DNA from: Octopus bimaculoides
Lineage: Eukaryota
Direction of reading: 5' to 3'
DNA length: 64,000 bases
Assembly (NCBI RefSeq): GCF_001194135.2
Contig: NC_068987.1
Coordinates: forward strand, 13,759,222-13,823,221
Part shown: positions 12,334-25,923 of the stretch, piece by piece
Position numbering within the stretch: the stretch's first letter is position 1
Layout: each line of letters opens with the position of its first letter
The notes under the pieces: model-generated
Told to the model about the DNA's origin: nothing
What the model saw: only the letters and a program-made list of their open reading frames with translations
Database searches by the model: none
Position numbers and translations under genes: made by a program

Positions 12334-13895
12334 GTAAGTAACACTTCAAAAACAACCGTACGTACCCATGAACCAGTAAAGCTTATGTTATTTTTACCAA
12401 ATGTTATTACCAAATGATCATTCGGTGTTTACAATTTTTATGGTCATTCAACTTCGTTTTAAACATTTGTTTTATAATTTACAAGTAATATAATCCTATC
12501 ATCTCATTTTATTATACTACCGTTTTGTTATTGGGTCTGTTTTGGTCAAGAACTTCATTATTTTCATGAAAGTATACGTGTCCGTTTCGGTTGCTCAGCC
12601 AATGTGACAAATCGGTCTTCAGTGTTTATATTTAATCTTGTTAATTATAAATTTACGAAAATTAACTCTTCTATCCCCGTGGAACTGGTATTTGTTGAAT
12701 ATTCACTGCAACTGTTGATGGCTTGCATAGATAACGTATCGAAAATTTCCCGCTTCATAAGTAATCGATTTTCATGCTTAAAAATTAGGTTCCGATACAT
12801 ATATATATATACATGTATGTGTGTAGTATGTATGTAAAGTTTCAGAAATCTATTTTTTGTTTCTTGAACTAAATAATAACTGTTTATTCTCTTCCACTAT
12901 TGTTTCTTGGGACGATACGACACACCTTAAGAAAATGAAATTGTTGACGTGGTATAAAGTACATCTATTTGTATCTTTTCGCAACAGACGGTCAACTTTG
13001 AAATAAAGTGAATTTATTCTTTTTGGTTCAACTTTTGTCTTCTCTTTAATGAACTCAAATTCTTCCGATCCTCGTTTTTAATTTAACTCTAAACACTCAC
13101 GATCAAATCTTATAAACTATTATTACGTATCCAAATATTTTGATTTAGATACCAAAAACCTCTTTCTCTCCTCTCCCTGCTATATATGTATATATAAATA
13201 TAATGTTTGTGTATTTAATTTTGGTGATGTTCCTTTATACTTGAGCTGAGACTTAAGTGTTAAAATTGAAAGAATTCTGTCGTGTTGCATTGTGGCAGTC
13301 ATTCCAAACACTTCCATATCCTATCTAACTTTTGTATTTTATGATTTTATTGCACACGTTAATGTGTCAAAAAATGTCTTCATGCATGCATAACCTGATC
13401 ACAGACAATTCCTTTGCATCTGGGACAAGTTTCAAAACAACGAATCTGTCATATTTTCGAACTGTGTGCGGTGTATTCTTTGATTAACGCTGATATTTAA
13501 AAAGAAGCCTTGCTTGCATATGTTTGTAATCAAACAATTGTTAATTATAACTCAAAGGTATCACTTGATTCTGAAATTTCTTATTGGGCTGTCTAAATAA
13601 GTTTAAAATTATGTTTCTTGTTCGCCCCATTTACAACTGGAAAAGGTTCCATTTCAGTATGACCATACAAATTTAAAATGTATTCTATAATTCTTTTTAC
13701 TATAGGCAAAGGCCTGAAATTTTAGGGGAAGGGGCTATTTGATTACATGGACCCTAGTGTTCAGTTGATACTTATTTCATCAACCCGAAAGGATGATAGG
13801 CACTGGTTTGCGCAGGAGTTTTTTTATAAGGATAAAAATATATAATTTTTAAAATCATTATATACTTCAAGATGCAAGCGAAATAATTCTGATGC

Positions 13896-13932
<37 letters not shown>

Positions 13933-15655
13933 CCCTGGTGATTGTTTGAATTAAAAACATGTTCTTTATCACATGGTGAGAAATCCCGAAAGAATGTTTC
14001 TGTAAAATTTCTAATGTTGATACTCAAATTTTTATTTTAAAGATAAAAACAGCACCAAACATGCAAAAGTACAGGTTATATACATATATATTACATGGAA
14101 TCTTCCTATTCATCATTTCAATTGAAACCGTTAGAAAGTGAAAGTGTATGCCATGCTAAAACTTTGGTTATTCACATAAGTTTCGTTATTGAATGTACAT
14201 TATTTTACTCGTTATTCTACAACAGAATATCTAGAAAATATTTTCATTCCGTAGAAAAAGAACACGTTCTGTTATTCGTAACTGATTTTCTTTTCATTAA
14301 CATGTTAACTTGCATCTACATTGCACGCACCTATGCTATGTAGTGTGAGATTCCAGTTTTTATGAATACCATTTTTTTTTTCCCCAGTTGCTATCTCAAG
14401 AGCTAGCAACTGGTTAACGTCGACGAGTCATAACTTAACATATACCAACTACATATGTTCATTTTATAGATTGTTCAGTCACCAATATCGTGATCGTTAC
14501 AATCACATGGAACATACATTATCAGTCATTATTAACATTTTGGTATCGTATTTTCTTCCATTGGTGAGAGAATTGACCACCTGGTGTTTTTATTTTATTT
14601 TAATCTATTTTTTTAACTATATTCTTTGAGTTCGAAACTCACTTTTTAAGTGAAATGAGTTTATATCCCTCCACCAAATTGAGGGATTTTATATAATGCC
14701 CACTAAGTGTTACATATTACTATAGAGCTGGGGGTGGAGGGGGCTCTTAATTTGCTTAATATCATGTGACGAGTTCCTACAGAATATACGGAAAATACAA
14801 TAGCAATGGGCATTGCATGTATTTACAAAGTATAAAAACTCCAATAGTACGTGTTGTTTTTTTCTTTTTTTTTTTTCAGTTTTGTCCGAAACTCTTTAAT
14901 AGTTTTAATGAACATGAGTGTATTATTGGTTATTTATTAACATCAGAGAAATGAGGACTAGGTCAAATGTTACAGGGTTTCAACTATAGTCAGTGATCAT
15001 CATTATCGTTCCCACCATGATTCTCAGGGGTTCATAAAAGCTGTTGCTTATTATCAAATTCAGTTTCCCCCTGGATAGGGCACCAGTCTATCTACTGCAA
15101 GAACTCTGAAATTTCGAAGCTTGTTACTCACAGTTAGATAATCTGAGGTATAAAAAATAATATAACATTGTCAGAATCGTAAAATAGCTACAAGAGATAT
15201 GAACTTGCAACTTTCTCCTTTTGGTCATTTCATTTCTGTAACAGTGGTGAACCAAAATGACTATGTAAAAGTTCCTGGTCATGTATTTTACTGTACTGGC
15301 TGCTTTCACCCATCACCCGGTAGTAAAAAAATATAAACTGCATCCATTATGACATCAGCCTGTCACTCTTAATGAATTAGAATTCCACCAACTTCAACTT
15401 GAAGATGATGCTCCTGCATGGCCGCTGACTAGTGACTAAAGCAAAAGATAAAAGATATATCACAGCTGTAGTTCTTCAAGTTGTCACTCAAATACTGTTA
15501 TTATCATACTTGCCACGTCATACTTTTCGCTCAACAATATATTCAGTCGATGACTTGCATTTCCCAGGGAAAATGTGTTGTAGCCATCTATACGATGCAG
15601 ATATTCATTGAACTTCATATTCTCACCACAGCCACATACAAAATCAAATTCGGTG

Positions 15656-16555
15656 ATCATCATCATTATCATCATTGTTTAACATCCACTTTCCATGCTC
15701 GCATGGGTTGGACGGTTTGACTGAAAACTGGTAAGCCGACGGGGCTACACTAGGTTCCAATATGATTTGGCAAGGTTTCTACAGCTGGATGCCCTTCCTG
15801 ATGCTAACCACTCCAAGAGTGTAGTGAGTGTTTTTTACGTACCACCAGCACAGTTGCCATTGACCTGACACCAGTATCAGCCACAGCTACAGTCTCATTT
15901 GGTTTGATAGATCAACACAGGCATGGTATATTGCCATGGGTCTTGGTCACCTGTCCCTGCTCAATGCTCAAACAGTGCTTTTTACATGCCACCATCATAG
16001 GTGCCAGTCAGACAGCACAGACATCAGCCACAGCTACAATTTCACTCAGTTTGACAGGTCTTTAGAAGCACAGCATATCACCCAACAATTGAAGGGTGCT
16101 TTTAACAGGCCAGTTATGCGACACTGGCATCAGCCACGACTACAATCTCACATGGTTTGATGGGTCTTCTCAAGCACTTCAAAGGTCTCAGTCACTTACC
16201 ATATCTTCAAAGATCTCAGTCACTTACCATTGCCTCTGTGAGGCCCGATAATCAAAGATCATGCTTCACTAGCTCATCTCGTGTCTTCCTGGGTTTACCT
16301 CTTCCACAGGTTCCCTCCACCATTAGAATGTGACACTTCTTCATACTGCTGTTCTCATTCACACGCATCACATGACCATACCAACCCAGTCGTCTCTCTT
16401 GCACACCACATCTGATGCTTCTTATGCCCAACTTTTCTCTCAGGGTGCTTACACTCTGTCATGCATGCACACTGACATTACACATCCAGCAGAATATACA
16501 AGCTTCATTTCTTACAAACCTATGCATGTCCTCAGCAGTCACAGCCCATGGTTAT
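15656..16555 (-). mobile_element. RTE-clade LINE 3' fragment (ORF2 C-terminus plus repetitive 3' UTR ending in (GAT)n)
   Basis: Minus frame ~16545-16219 reads ...LREKLGIRSIRCGVQERRLGWYGHVMRV...VEGTCGRGKPRKT...KHDL*, the RTE RRLRW.GHV.R / GRP signature, with in-frame stops. The tail sequence is shared with local SINE tails. Confidence 0.85.
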
Positions 16556-16759
16556 AATTTTGCAGAAAAGTATTTGTACCTTGTATATTTGCTCTTTATC
16601 AGTTTAACTCCTTTATATTAACATTTGACACACCTGGTTAGTTAATAATCATGTTTTTTTTTTCTTAAGTTAGATTACAGATGAACCATGAAATATTTGG
16701 TGGATCCAGCTTAATGAAAATGAAAACATTACAATGAACATTTAATAGTATCTAACCAG

Positions 16760-17120
16760 CATTCTCTTAGCCTTAGTTGCTCCCATACAGTTGACCTGCC
16801 ATTAAGATACTTCCAATCATCCCTGTTTTCAACATAGTCACCTGCATCTTACCAGGTGATGCTAAGTTGTTTCAGATATTCTTTGAAAATGGCGTACCAT
16901 ATCTTCTTGAGTCTCCCTCCCTTCATCCTTCACATAGTACCCATTGTATAGCTGTTTTGGAGATTCATTCTTCCAGTAGTCGGAAAACATGACCTGCCAA
17001 TCTCGCTCTTCTTTCTGCCGCAATCTCCTGGAAGGTCATGCAGATTGGCTCACCCCTAGACTTCAGAGTTCGCAGTTCTGCCCCTGTAGGAGATTTTGAA
17101 TATTCTGCATAATTATTAGC
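16760..17120 (-). mobile_element. RTE-clade LINE ORF2 C-terminal relic
   Basis: RARLAGHVFRL..E*ISKTAIQW, then after a frameshift GRLKKIW...LKQLSITW*DA...NRDDWK. Confidence 0.7.
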
Positions 17121-19429
17121 ACTCTACTGTCCACTATTTTTTATTTCTTAATTATTTGATTTTGTAAGAAAACTTTTTGGGCTGGAAAACACCTACTTTG
17201 ACAAGATTAATACTTTTACTCTCTTGGAGGCCTAGTAGTGTCTGGTACATCCCTTATACAGCTAACATCCACAACTGCCAAATCCCATGTGGTTGACACC
17301 TACAACATCTGGAGGAAATCACCATTACAAAATCTCTAAGAAAGCAAAGGATACATTTATGCATGACATGGCCTGCAAGCTGTACCACTTCTTACGGTTC
17401 CTTGATAAAGTTCTCAACTAAATTTGCAAAATCCTATTTGCTATTCTTTAATCAAAATGAGTTTTTTAGCAGTGCACCTGTAGCTAGAGCCATTATATTC
17501 ACTGTTCACTTACATATAAATTCCTGCTATGCACCTTAATCAATGCACCTCCCAAACTTCTCTTCCTAGCATCTTCCCCCTCATCTGTATACAGTGAACA
17601 AGTTATATCTAGTAATGAGTATTGAGTGTCTTCCCTTAAGCTACTTCTATCCTCACCAAACACATCCTTTCTGACCTGGATAGCTACCACTTTATTTTCC
17701 TCATTTCCTTATCTCAAAGGTGATGGAAATTATTGTAAATGACCTTTGCTTTTATCACCTACACATAAGACAAAATGCAGTTAGAATCTTCATAAACTTT
17801 AATTATACTAAGTGTCACAATCTTTGATGGCCTTTCATTGTGATCACATACCAGTAACATAGACATAGAATTGCATCTAAAAGACCAGACCAGGAATTAC
17901 CTCAAGTCTGAGCAGTTATGGACCCCTCTACAAAAGCACAAGTTCAACCACAGAGTATTGTTCACACATCTGGCTTGGGTGGTTTTAAGTTCCTATTTAA
18001 GATAGGTCATATGATTGATTTCCTTAGTCAAAGGAAGCAGTTCAGAACCCATGAAACTTTTTGAGACCTCCCAAAACCAGTAAGACCTTATCCATAGGCT
18101 TGCAACAGAGTGGAATCTGCTAAACAAGCTGAAGGACCTGATGAGTGGGTCAAATGTTAACTTCTTAGCATATCACTACCATACACTCATTGACATGCTG
18201 CATCATCCACTCTCTCTCTCTCTCTCTTTCTTTGACCATCACTGCAGCAGTTTCTACTTTTCAAAAGTAGCAAGCTGTCACACCTGTGTCCACTAAATAC
18301 ATCCACCTCTCCTCCTTTCATTGTCTTTCGTGTTTCACACTGTCTGGAACTTACAGAGGTTCAGCTTAAATTGCATCAAACTCACCAGCCTGTAAAGTGC
18401 CCCCCCCAATAAGTTCTGGACACTGCTCTGTCTTCCTTTAACCAAGTAATAAATGAATAAAACAAAAGAACAAACAAGCTAGTTAATTAACATGATTAAA
18501 CCAACACACTTTCCTACATGCACTGTTTTAGAGTATCTCATTCCAATAAAATTTGTTCTTTCATTATTGGATACTTGAGATTTACATTTTCATTGCACAC
18601 AAAAGTATTTTATTTTCCTTCATAACATATTCTGACCCTTATGGAAATGCATTGTTTTATGAAGCATCTTCCTACCAAACAAAGATTGTGGTTTTATTTC
18701 ATGAGATTATTTGTCACTGTATCACAAAACAGCCACTTGAGGTGAATAATTACTGTTGGAACCCTTGAACTCTGTCATAATTCCACTTAGATTGAAATTC
18801 TATTTTTAAAAAAAAAAACCAATTGTCTTCTCTCTTCTAGTTGTTATCTGTTGCATAGCCTTGATACTGGTACTTAGTGACTTGCTAGGTGTTAAAGTTA
18901 GAATAGAATATGCAAGATTTTTTTTTTTTTTTTTTTAATGTTGCAATAATTGATCTGCATTACAAATAGCAGTTTTGCAGTTGTTTAGTACCGTGTCTGC
19001 TCTGATGAAGCAGATTCATAATCAGAACAGTTCAGTCATGCCCATCTCGTTTTTTATCCCCCAGATATTGTGCCAAAAACTACAAAATCCATTATGTCTT
19101 ATTTAAGATGATAAGGTATGATTTGAGGAAGCTTTGGCTGCTATTTCTAACAGGTTGGAGGCTTCCTTATGTAATTATATTTATCTCTGCCTCTCTTATA
19201 ATTTAAGAACAAGACAAACTAAAAACAGTTCATTCGGTTTCTTTTTTTACCTGTAATATTACTTTGGAAAGCTAGCATTCCACTAAAACTATCACAGAGA
19301 GCCAATATGTTAAACATTATATACAACCCTGCCAGAGATCTTCACTCAGTACCTAAGGAACACATAATAATTGAACCAAACACATTGTAAACGCATACCA
19401 TAAGCAATCACTATCATCACCATTTTTGC

Positions 19430-19760
19430 TGCTTATCATGCTGGCACAGCTTAGTGAGTCTATTTCAAAACAGTGTATCTCCACTTGTGGTCCTTCATCA
19501 TCTCTTTGTGAGGCTTAGCATCTTGAGATCATCCCCTACCACTTCTACTTGCATTTTCTTCTCACCTCTATTGTACAGCACTTTTTTCACCCTGTCATTC
19601 TTTATACGTATTGCATTGTCCATACCATCTCAATCTTCTATTTCGTACACTACATCAGATACCTCTGATGCCTAATTTTTCCTCTCAGCACACTTATCAC
19701 TTGTAGTCTGTTTAGTTACTCCTATACACTGATATTACACATACAGCAGAGGAACTTAGT
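19430..19760 (-). mobile_element. RTE-clade LINE 3' relic
   Basis: LRGKLGIRGI*CSVRNRRLRWYG motif on the minus strand, followed by an RTE/SINE-type tail. Confidence 0.65.
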
Positions 19761-21885
19761 GAAGAGAGGAATAAAAGTTGGCAGTTGTTTGCTCCAGTAC
19801 ACAATACCTTTGCAAAATCTTCTTATCCAATCATAAATATCTCATTTTAAAAACATCACCTCTCATACCTGATCCAAGCAAACATTTTCTCATTTGTATA
19901 ACTGTAACAACAATAGCCATAGTAGGCTCAGTGCCAATCACTACCAGTAAATCCCAAGATATTGAAACTATGCATTAATTGTTGAATAGTTTCCAGATGG
20001 GTTACTGTTGATTTTGGTCCCATGTCAGCCCTGATTGAACAGGTCCTTAATCAAATGTGCTCCAGATGTGATCATCCTGCTTTTTAGGTATCTAGTTCTT
20101 CACTGTGTAGTCACCAAATGGTTAAGTGGTTAAGAAGTTCACTTTGCAATCACAAGATCCCAGGTTTGATCCCTCTGCATAGCATCTTAAGTCCTTCATT
20201 TCCTATGAAGCACAGACCATCAACAACTTTTCTCCACTTTTCTAAACTCTAGGCAGTCTTTTCTGCTTCCTTTCCCTAATCTTATTGGTATTTCATTGAT
20301 ACTTCTGTCTTTGCTTTTTTTTTTTTTTTTTTTTCTTGGTAAGGATGTTGGCTCTATGCAAACTTATTTTTACCTCTGGGAAGAAGTGGTCCATATTAGT
20401 CTGGCCTCCAACCTTTGGACTGCTCGGTGAGAGGCCCTTCCATGAGCTTGCCTTCCATAAGGACTGGACATTCTGCTGGGTGACATCTTGAGTAGTGTTG
20501 TATTCTATAGCTTTGGGTTGATCCATGCCTTATCAATAGAATTGGGTAGATGGAAACTGTTAGAAGCCTGCTGGTTGTATTATACTTATAATTTAAAGAG
20601 GTACTATCTTGTCACACTGATTCTGCCTGAGATTTATGTTACGAGTACACATGTCTGTGAAACGTTCAACCACCTACAGAATCACCTAATGACTAGGTAG
20701 CTCTGTTCATTGAATAACTGAATTCTGAATGTCTAACAACAGAGATCCACCACCACATTGCCCAGTGTGTCCTTCCTTTTTTGAGATGGTAGACTGGGTT
20801 TGAAAACTATTTGATTTGTAATTCTTACTGGTTGAGTGACAGATTAGAGGCTCCCTCATTTACTTTTAACACCAGCTGGCTTCAGACTACCAGTACTTAC
20901 AATGTTCATATTCAAATTCCAATCAAAATCTCATGGCATAAATGATAGCATGAAATTTCAGAAATATTTAAAGTTACAGATATTTTATTAAAGCATTCCC
21001 ATATATCGATCATATTGAAAATTAATTGAAATGCATAAGTTGTTTCCTCATGAGAAATTTAGTCATGATAGGGTTAAGGATGTGCAACTAAATGGTTACT
21101 AAGGTGTTGTAAATATCTTTGGCCAGATAGTTCTACATATGGTACTTACTATAAATGTCAATTGCCAACTGAAGTATTTACAGTCAGCATTTATGGCTAA
21201 ATGATTGCCAATCAATTTGTTCATTATAGCATTGAATTCTATTTCAGTGTTGCAGTGTCTTTATATAGACCATATAGCTCTAATTTTCTCAGTCTAGAAA
21301 CTGTCCAGCTTGACAGTAAAAGTGATTGTATGTTTCCATGGATGAGTGAATAAGATGATAGCCTCATGTATATATATTTATATAAGCACACCTATGTCCT
21401 GTCTCTGGATACTGTAACAAGATTGGTCAAATCTCTGGACAGTTGTACAGTGGCTGGCAGAACAAGTAGGAACGGAGAAAAACTTTGAATGAGCTGGAAA
21501 ATAGCATATAGTTTGTTGATGGTAGTGTTTAGCCCTATGTTTATCCAACAGGCTTATGACCCAAAGGCAATCTGGTTGTGACCATCCCACATTTTTATAT
21601 ATCTGGCACTACTATGATCACTATTTATCCTAAATGCTCATGCTTGTTTTCAGACTTTTAATTAGCCCTTTTTTTTATATATTCCAAGTAGCACAAAATT
21701 TTTCTTTCATAAATCCAAAAGTTACCCTGTGGGCTAAAAAAAAAAAATTGTGATTATGTAACATATATGATGCATGAATGTCAGGGAAATATCTCCTGTA
21801 AATCACACGTGGCACACGGAACTGGTAAAGAGTCATAACTCTAGCTTCCTGATTGACTCATGGCATCTAGTTTGTTAATTTACAT

Positions 21886-22148
21886 CAGTGGTTCTCAACC
21901 AGGGCCCACATGATCCTTTGGTGGTGATCCATATAAGATTTTGTTGTTAAAAATTAGGTGCAATAAATTGGTTTTATTTCTAAAACACACAAAACATTTT
22001 AACACTTTTTTTATACAATTCCTAATAATATTTAATTATAAAAATATAATAGGATTTTTTAAACATAAAATAGCTATTAGGGTCCACCTGAGTAAAATAG
22101 GAATCAGGAGGAGCCCATATGTAACAAAACAATGGTTGAGAACCATTG
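21886..22148. mobile_element. hAT-like MITE
   Basis: TIRs CAGTGGTTCTCAACC / GGTTGAGAACCATTG; 8-bp TSD ATTTACAT / AGTTACAT (7/8). Confidence 0.8.
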
Positions 22149-22548
22149 AGTTACATTATTCTTAGAGGTTCTGTAAAGGATCACAGGTACTGCTCTCCTC
22201 CTCTACAAAAAAAAATGAAGAATAGATATTTACAGTCATTGAATTAAGAATAACAAAGATCAATGAGATTGAGAAGTTGATTATAAATAACTTCTTTCTT
22301 CTTCAGGAATAAAGTAAGATGTGATACTGCATGTGTCAGAGGAATTCCTACACAAGAATTGTTGTATATCTTTATTAATCCTTTTCTTTCTCTTTCACAA
22401 AGTTAAATTTAATCAAAAATTTGAATGTTTTGTCAGTGCTAAATCCATTAGGCACCACAAAGAAGGTATAAGAAATTTTGTCTTAACCAATATTTTTGCA
22501 CCAAATTCCCTTAAAATCCCTACTAAGAAATCATTTCTCCCTTTAGGG

Positions 22549-22832
22549 CAATGGTTCTCAAGCATTTTTACATATACACCCCTTCGATTACTGTTTTACC
22601 TGGATGGACCCCACAGCCATTTGATGTTTAAAAACCTGTTTTATAGATATTTCTGTTAAAATTCCTATTTTGTTATTCATACAGGTTGAGCTGTGTAAAA
22701 TGTTAGAGAAAAAAACCCAGCTGCTTTCTTGCAATACATATTTCAATCAAAACTTTACATGGACACTTAAAATACTACCATGGATCTTCAATTTACTATT
22801 TTGCTAGTGTAGACCCCTGTTGAGAACCATTA
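22549..22832. mobile_element. hAT-like MITE
   Basis: TIRs CAATGGTTCTCAA / TTGAGAACCATTA; 8-bp TSD CTTTAGGG / CTCTAGGG (7/8). Confidence 0.75.
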
Positions 22833-23152
22833 CTCTAGGGTTTCCTTACTCCCTAAATTCGCCAATATTTCAAACATTCCAAGTGTCATCATCATTGTTT
22901 TAATGTTCACTTTTCTGTACTTGCATGGGTCAGACAGAATTTTCTCAAGGCAGATTTTTACAGGTCCTTCCTGTCACCAGCTCTCACTTCTTTCCAAGCA
23001 TAGTAATATTGCTCCATAACCAGACATGTTTTCATGGAAGATTGGAAATTAATGATAGTACTTGTATGATGGTGATGCTCATTTACCATTTTCATGTGAT
23101 ATTGAGACATGGAGGTACAGCCACTACACATTCTTTATTTTCTCTCCTTGTT

Positions 23153-23190
23153 TCTTTCTGTGGAAGAGCATGGGCTCGAAACGTTAAAGA
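23153..23190 (+). ncRNA. Minimal type-I hammerhead-like motif (family C) in a ~150-bp insert (~23131-23282) within an older SINE
   Basis: UCUUU CUGUGGA A GAGC AUGG GCUC GAAA CGUU AAAGA: 5-bp stem I, 4-bp stem II, palindromic AACGUU, GUU triplet. One core deviation (A6->U). Confidence 0.62.
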
Positions 23191-23527
23191 CTTTTTCACT
23201 TCCCAAGCATTAAACTAATACATCTGTTTGTTGTCGACACCACCTGTCTTCGTCTTTTATTTTTTTTTTGTGAATTCTCCCCTACATACACAGCTAGCTT
23301 ATTTCAGTTTTTGTTTACCAAATCCATTCACAAGATTTTGGTAAGCCTGGAACTATAATAGGAGACACTTGCTCAAGATAGCATGCAGTGGAACTGAATC
23401 CAAAACCGTGTGGTTGGAGAGCAAATTTCTCAATCATACAGTTGAATAATAAAATTATGAATATAGAATTTAGCACAAAAGTTATTCAAAATTGTATTTG
23501 CATATAAACCATTTGCAAGACTATGAG

Positions 23528-23746
23528 GCGGCGAGCTGACAGAAACGTTTGCATGCTGAGCAAAATGCTTAGCGGTATTTCGTCTGCCGTTACGTTCTGA
23601 GTTCAAATTCCACCGAGGTCTACTTTGCCTTTCATCCTTTCGGGGTTGATGAATTAAGTACCAGTTACGCACTGGGGTCAATGTAAGCGACTTAACCCGT
23701 TTGTTTGTCCCCTCTATGTTTAGCCCCTTGTGGGCAATAAAGAAAT
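23528..23746 (+). mobile_element. Full-length tRNA-derived SINE (family a) with 11-bp TSD
   Basis: Same family as 7317-7548; TSD AAGACTATGAG at 23517-23527 and 23747-23757. Confidence 0.85.
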
Positions 23747-25814
23747 AAGACTATGAGACTTTCACCACCACAATAAGTTTTAACGAGTGTTATCATTTTG
23801 TTCCTCTCTTAGTTTGTGACAGACAGCTATCATGCAGAAAATGCACAGCTTCCAATTCCTGTTTTCTGATTGGACTAAAAATTATTAAACTTTGAATCTC
23901 TGTAACATTTTTCTAAATTTTTGTGGGAATAAATGAATCCTGAATTTAGATTCAGCATGAAAAATTACATCAGTATCCCGAATTTGAAAATTTTTACTTA
24001 ATCTCAAACTTTCCAAATTTTTGACAGCAACCAAAAAGATCTGGAAACCTAGTCACAGAGTCTGCACTGGAGTGTTTCTTTGCAGTGTTTTCACTTGGTA
24101 GGCTTGAAACTTACCATCTGGAAGGTGCTCATGTGCATTAACAATGTAAGTAAAATGGATTTGCTTCATTCAAAAAGACAAAGCAAGATTGTGAGATTTT
24201 GCTGTTTGGAACTCAGTAAACACTTTTGAATTAAAAAGTACATTCATTGTTTATACAAAACAGGGACAACTGAAGCCATTGAGAGGGGCTTCAACATGTT
24301 ACTTAGTCTGCTAGAAATAGTAAACTTTGCTCAAATCACATTTGCAGATCAATGCTGCGTGGTTAAGAAGTTTGCTTTGTAACCATATGGTTCAGTCCCC
24401 TGCATGCCAACTTGGGCATGCATTTTCTACAATAGCTCCTATTCAAACAATATCTTGTGAATGAATAAATGAATTTGGCAGATGGGGAAACTGCTTAAAA
24501 GCCTGTCATATGTATATATATGTGTGCATTTTTGTGTTTGCCTTTCACCACTTGACAACTGGTGTTGGTTTGTTTGTATTCCAGAAACTTAACAGTTTGA
24601 CAAAAAGAGACTAGCAAACTTTTAAAAAATTACTATGGGCATTGATTTAATGGGCTAAACCCCTTCTAAAGCAATACTTCAATATGGCCACAGTCTGATG
24701 ACAAACAAGTAAAATATTTATCTTTTAAAAAGAGAAAAAAAGGCAGTCACAGCTGGAATACCTTTTCTTATAGATCTTCCCCAATCAAGGATGACCTGGT
24801 CTTAGCAACAAATAAAAATACTGCCTACTTACTATGTGAATGGACCCAGCAGGAGGTCAGTGTCATCTAACAGTACAATGGATGGTCTTCTTACTACACT
24901 CTGCCCCAGTATGCATTCTAATGACAGCAAAAGTTTGTAGAGGAGGAACTAGCAGTGACTGCTGCTGAATTATCATTAAAACCATTGACTGTGTGTGTTT
25001 GTAGAGCTGATGGGTGGGAGATCTGTCAGATAATAAGAACCTGAACATAAGTGTGTGTGTGGAGTGGAGAAATATGACAGGAAACTTGTTTAGATACACA
25101 AGATTAGCTTTTGTAATGAGTGCAGCAAAGATATATCAGAAATAAGTAGAAGAATTCACTACTCAAGTTAGTGGCTGAATACACCATTTGGTGTAAGAAC
25201 CAACCGCTACTTGTTTGTGGTTTAATAAGATTGTATTTAATTGGATTACTTCAGTTTTGTTTTTTGGGGTTTGTTTTGGGTTTTTTTTTTTTTTGTTACT
25301 GGTTTTAGTCATTGGACTGCAGTCATTCAAAAGCTTCAGTCAAACATTGGCGTCGGTACGTCATTTGGTACTTATATTACCAACCTTATAAGCAAAGACA
25401 GGTTAAGTCAGCCACAGTGTAAAGCAGTGGTTCCAACCCTGAAGTACTTCCACCCGCTAGTGGATGCAAGATTACAAGATACCATTCCAAGAGCTGTAAT
25501 GAAGAGACAAAGTATATAGTTTATTAAAATCACTTTTTAGAATAAAATTATTAACTCTCAAAAAATATCTCTGTTCTATTAAGCACACCAAGAATTTTAT
25601 TCTTCCTCAATACTATAAGAAGTTCATCATCATTATTTTAATGCCCATGTGTCCATCCTTGCATGAGTCAGGCCGAACTCATTGCAGCAGATTTTATACA
25701 ATCGAATACTCATGCCGTCATTTGTTCCAAAGCAAGATAACTTTGATGGGTTTCAGCCAGTATAGACCCAGGCCATGTCTAACTTAATAGCACCACCTGG
25801 TAAGGATTGAAAGA

Positions 25815-25923
25815 CATTTACAACACCTAGGCTTCCCAAGCAGTCACCCATCTAAGTACTAACTAGGCTTGATGTTGCTTAACTTCGGTAATTAGATGAG
25901 AACTGGTGTTTTCAACATGATAT
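25815..25923 (-). pseudogene. Degenerate 5S rRNA copy, slightly 5'-truncated (possible 5S-derived SINE head)
   Basis: Minus strand reads ...GTTGAAAACACCAGTTCTCATCTAATTACCGAAGTTAAGCAACATCAAGCCTAGTTAGTACTTAGATGGGTGACTGCTTGGGAAGCCTAGGTGTTGTA, colinear with invertebrate 5S rRNA including box A (AGTTAAGC) and box C. Differences are mostly CpG transitions. Confidence 0.88.

Noticed and set aside
12575-12630. Minus-strand CUGAAGA ... CCGAAAC resembling a hammerhead
   Set aside because: 10 extra nt between the putative stem II and GAAA, no UH triplet (GGA follows) and no stem I complement.
20630-20675. GAAACGTTCAACC resembling a hammerhead 3' half
   Set aside because: No upstream CUGANGA and no convincing stem II.
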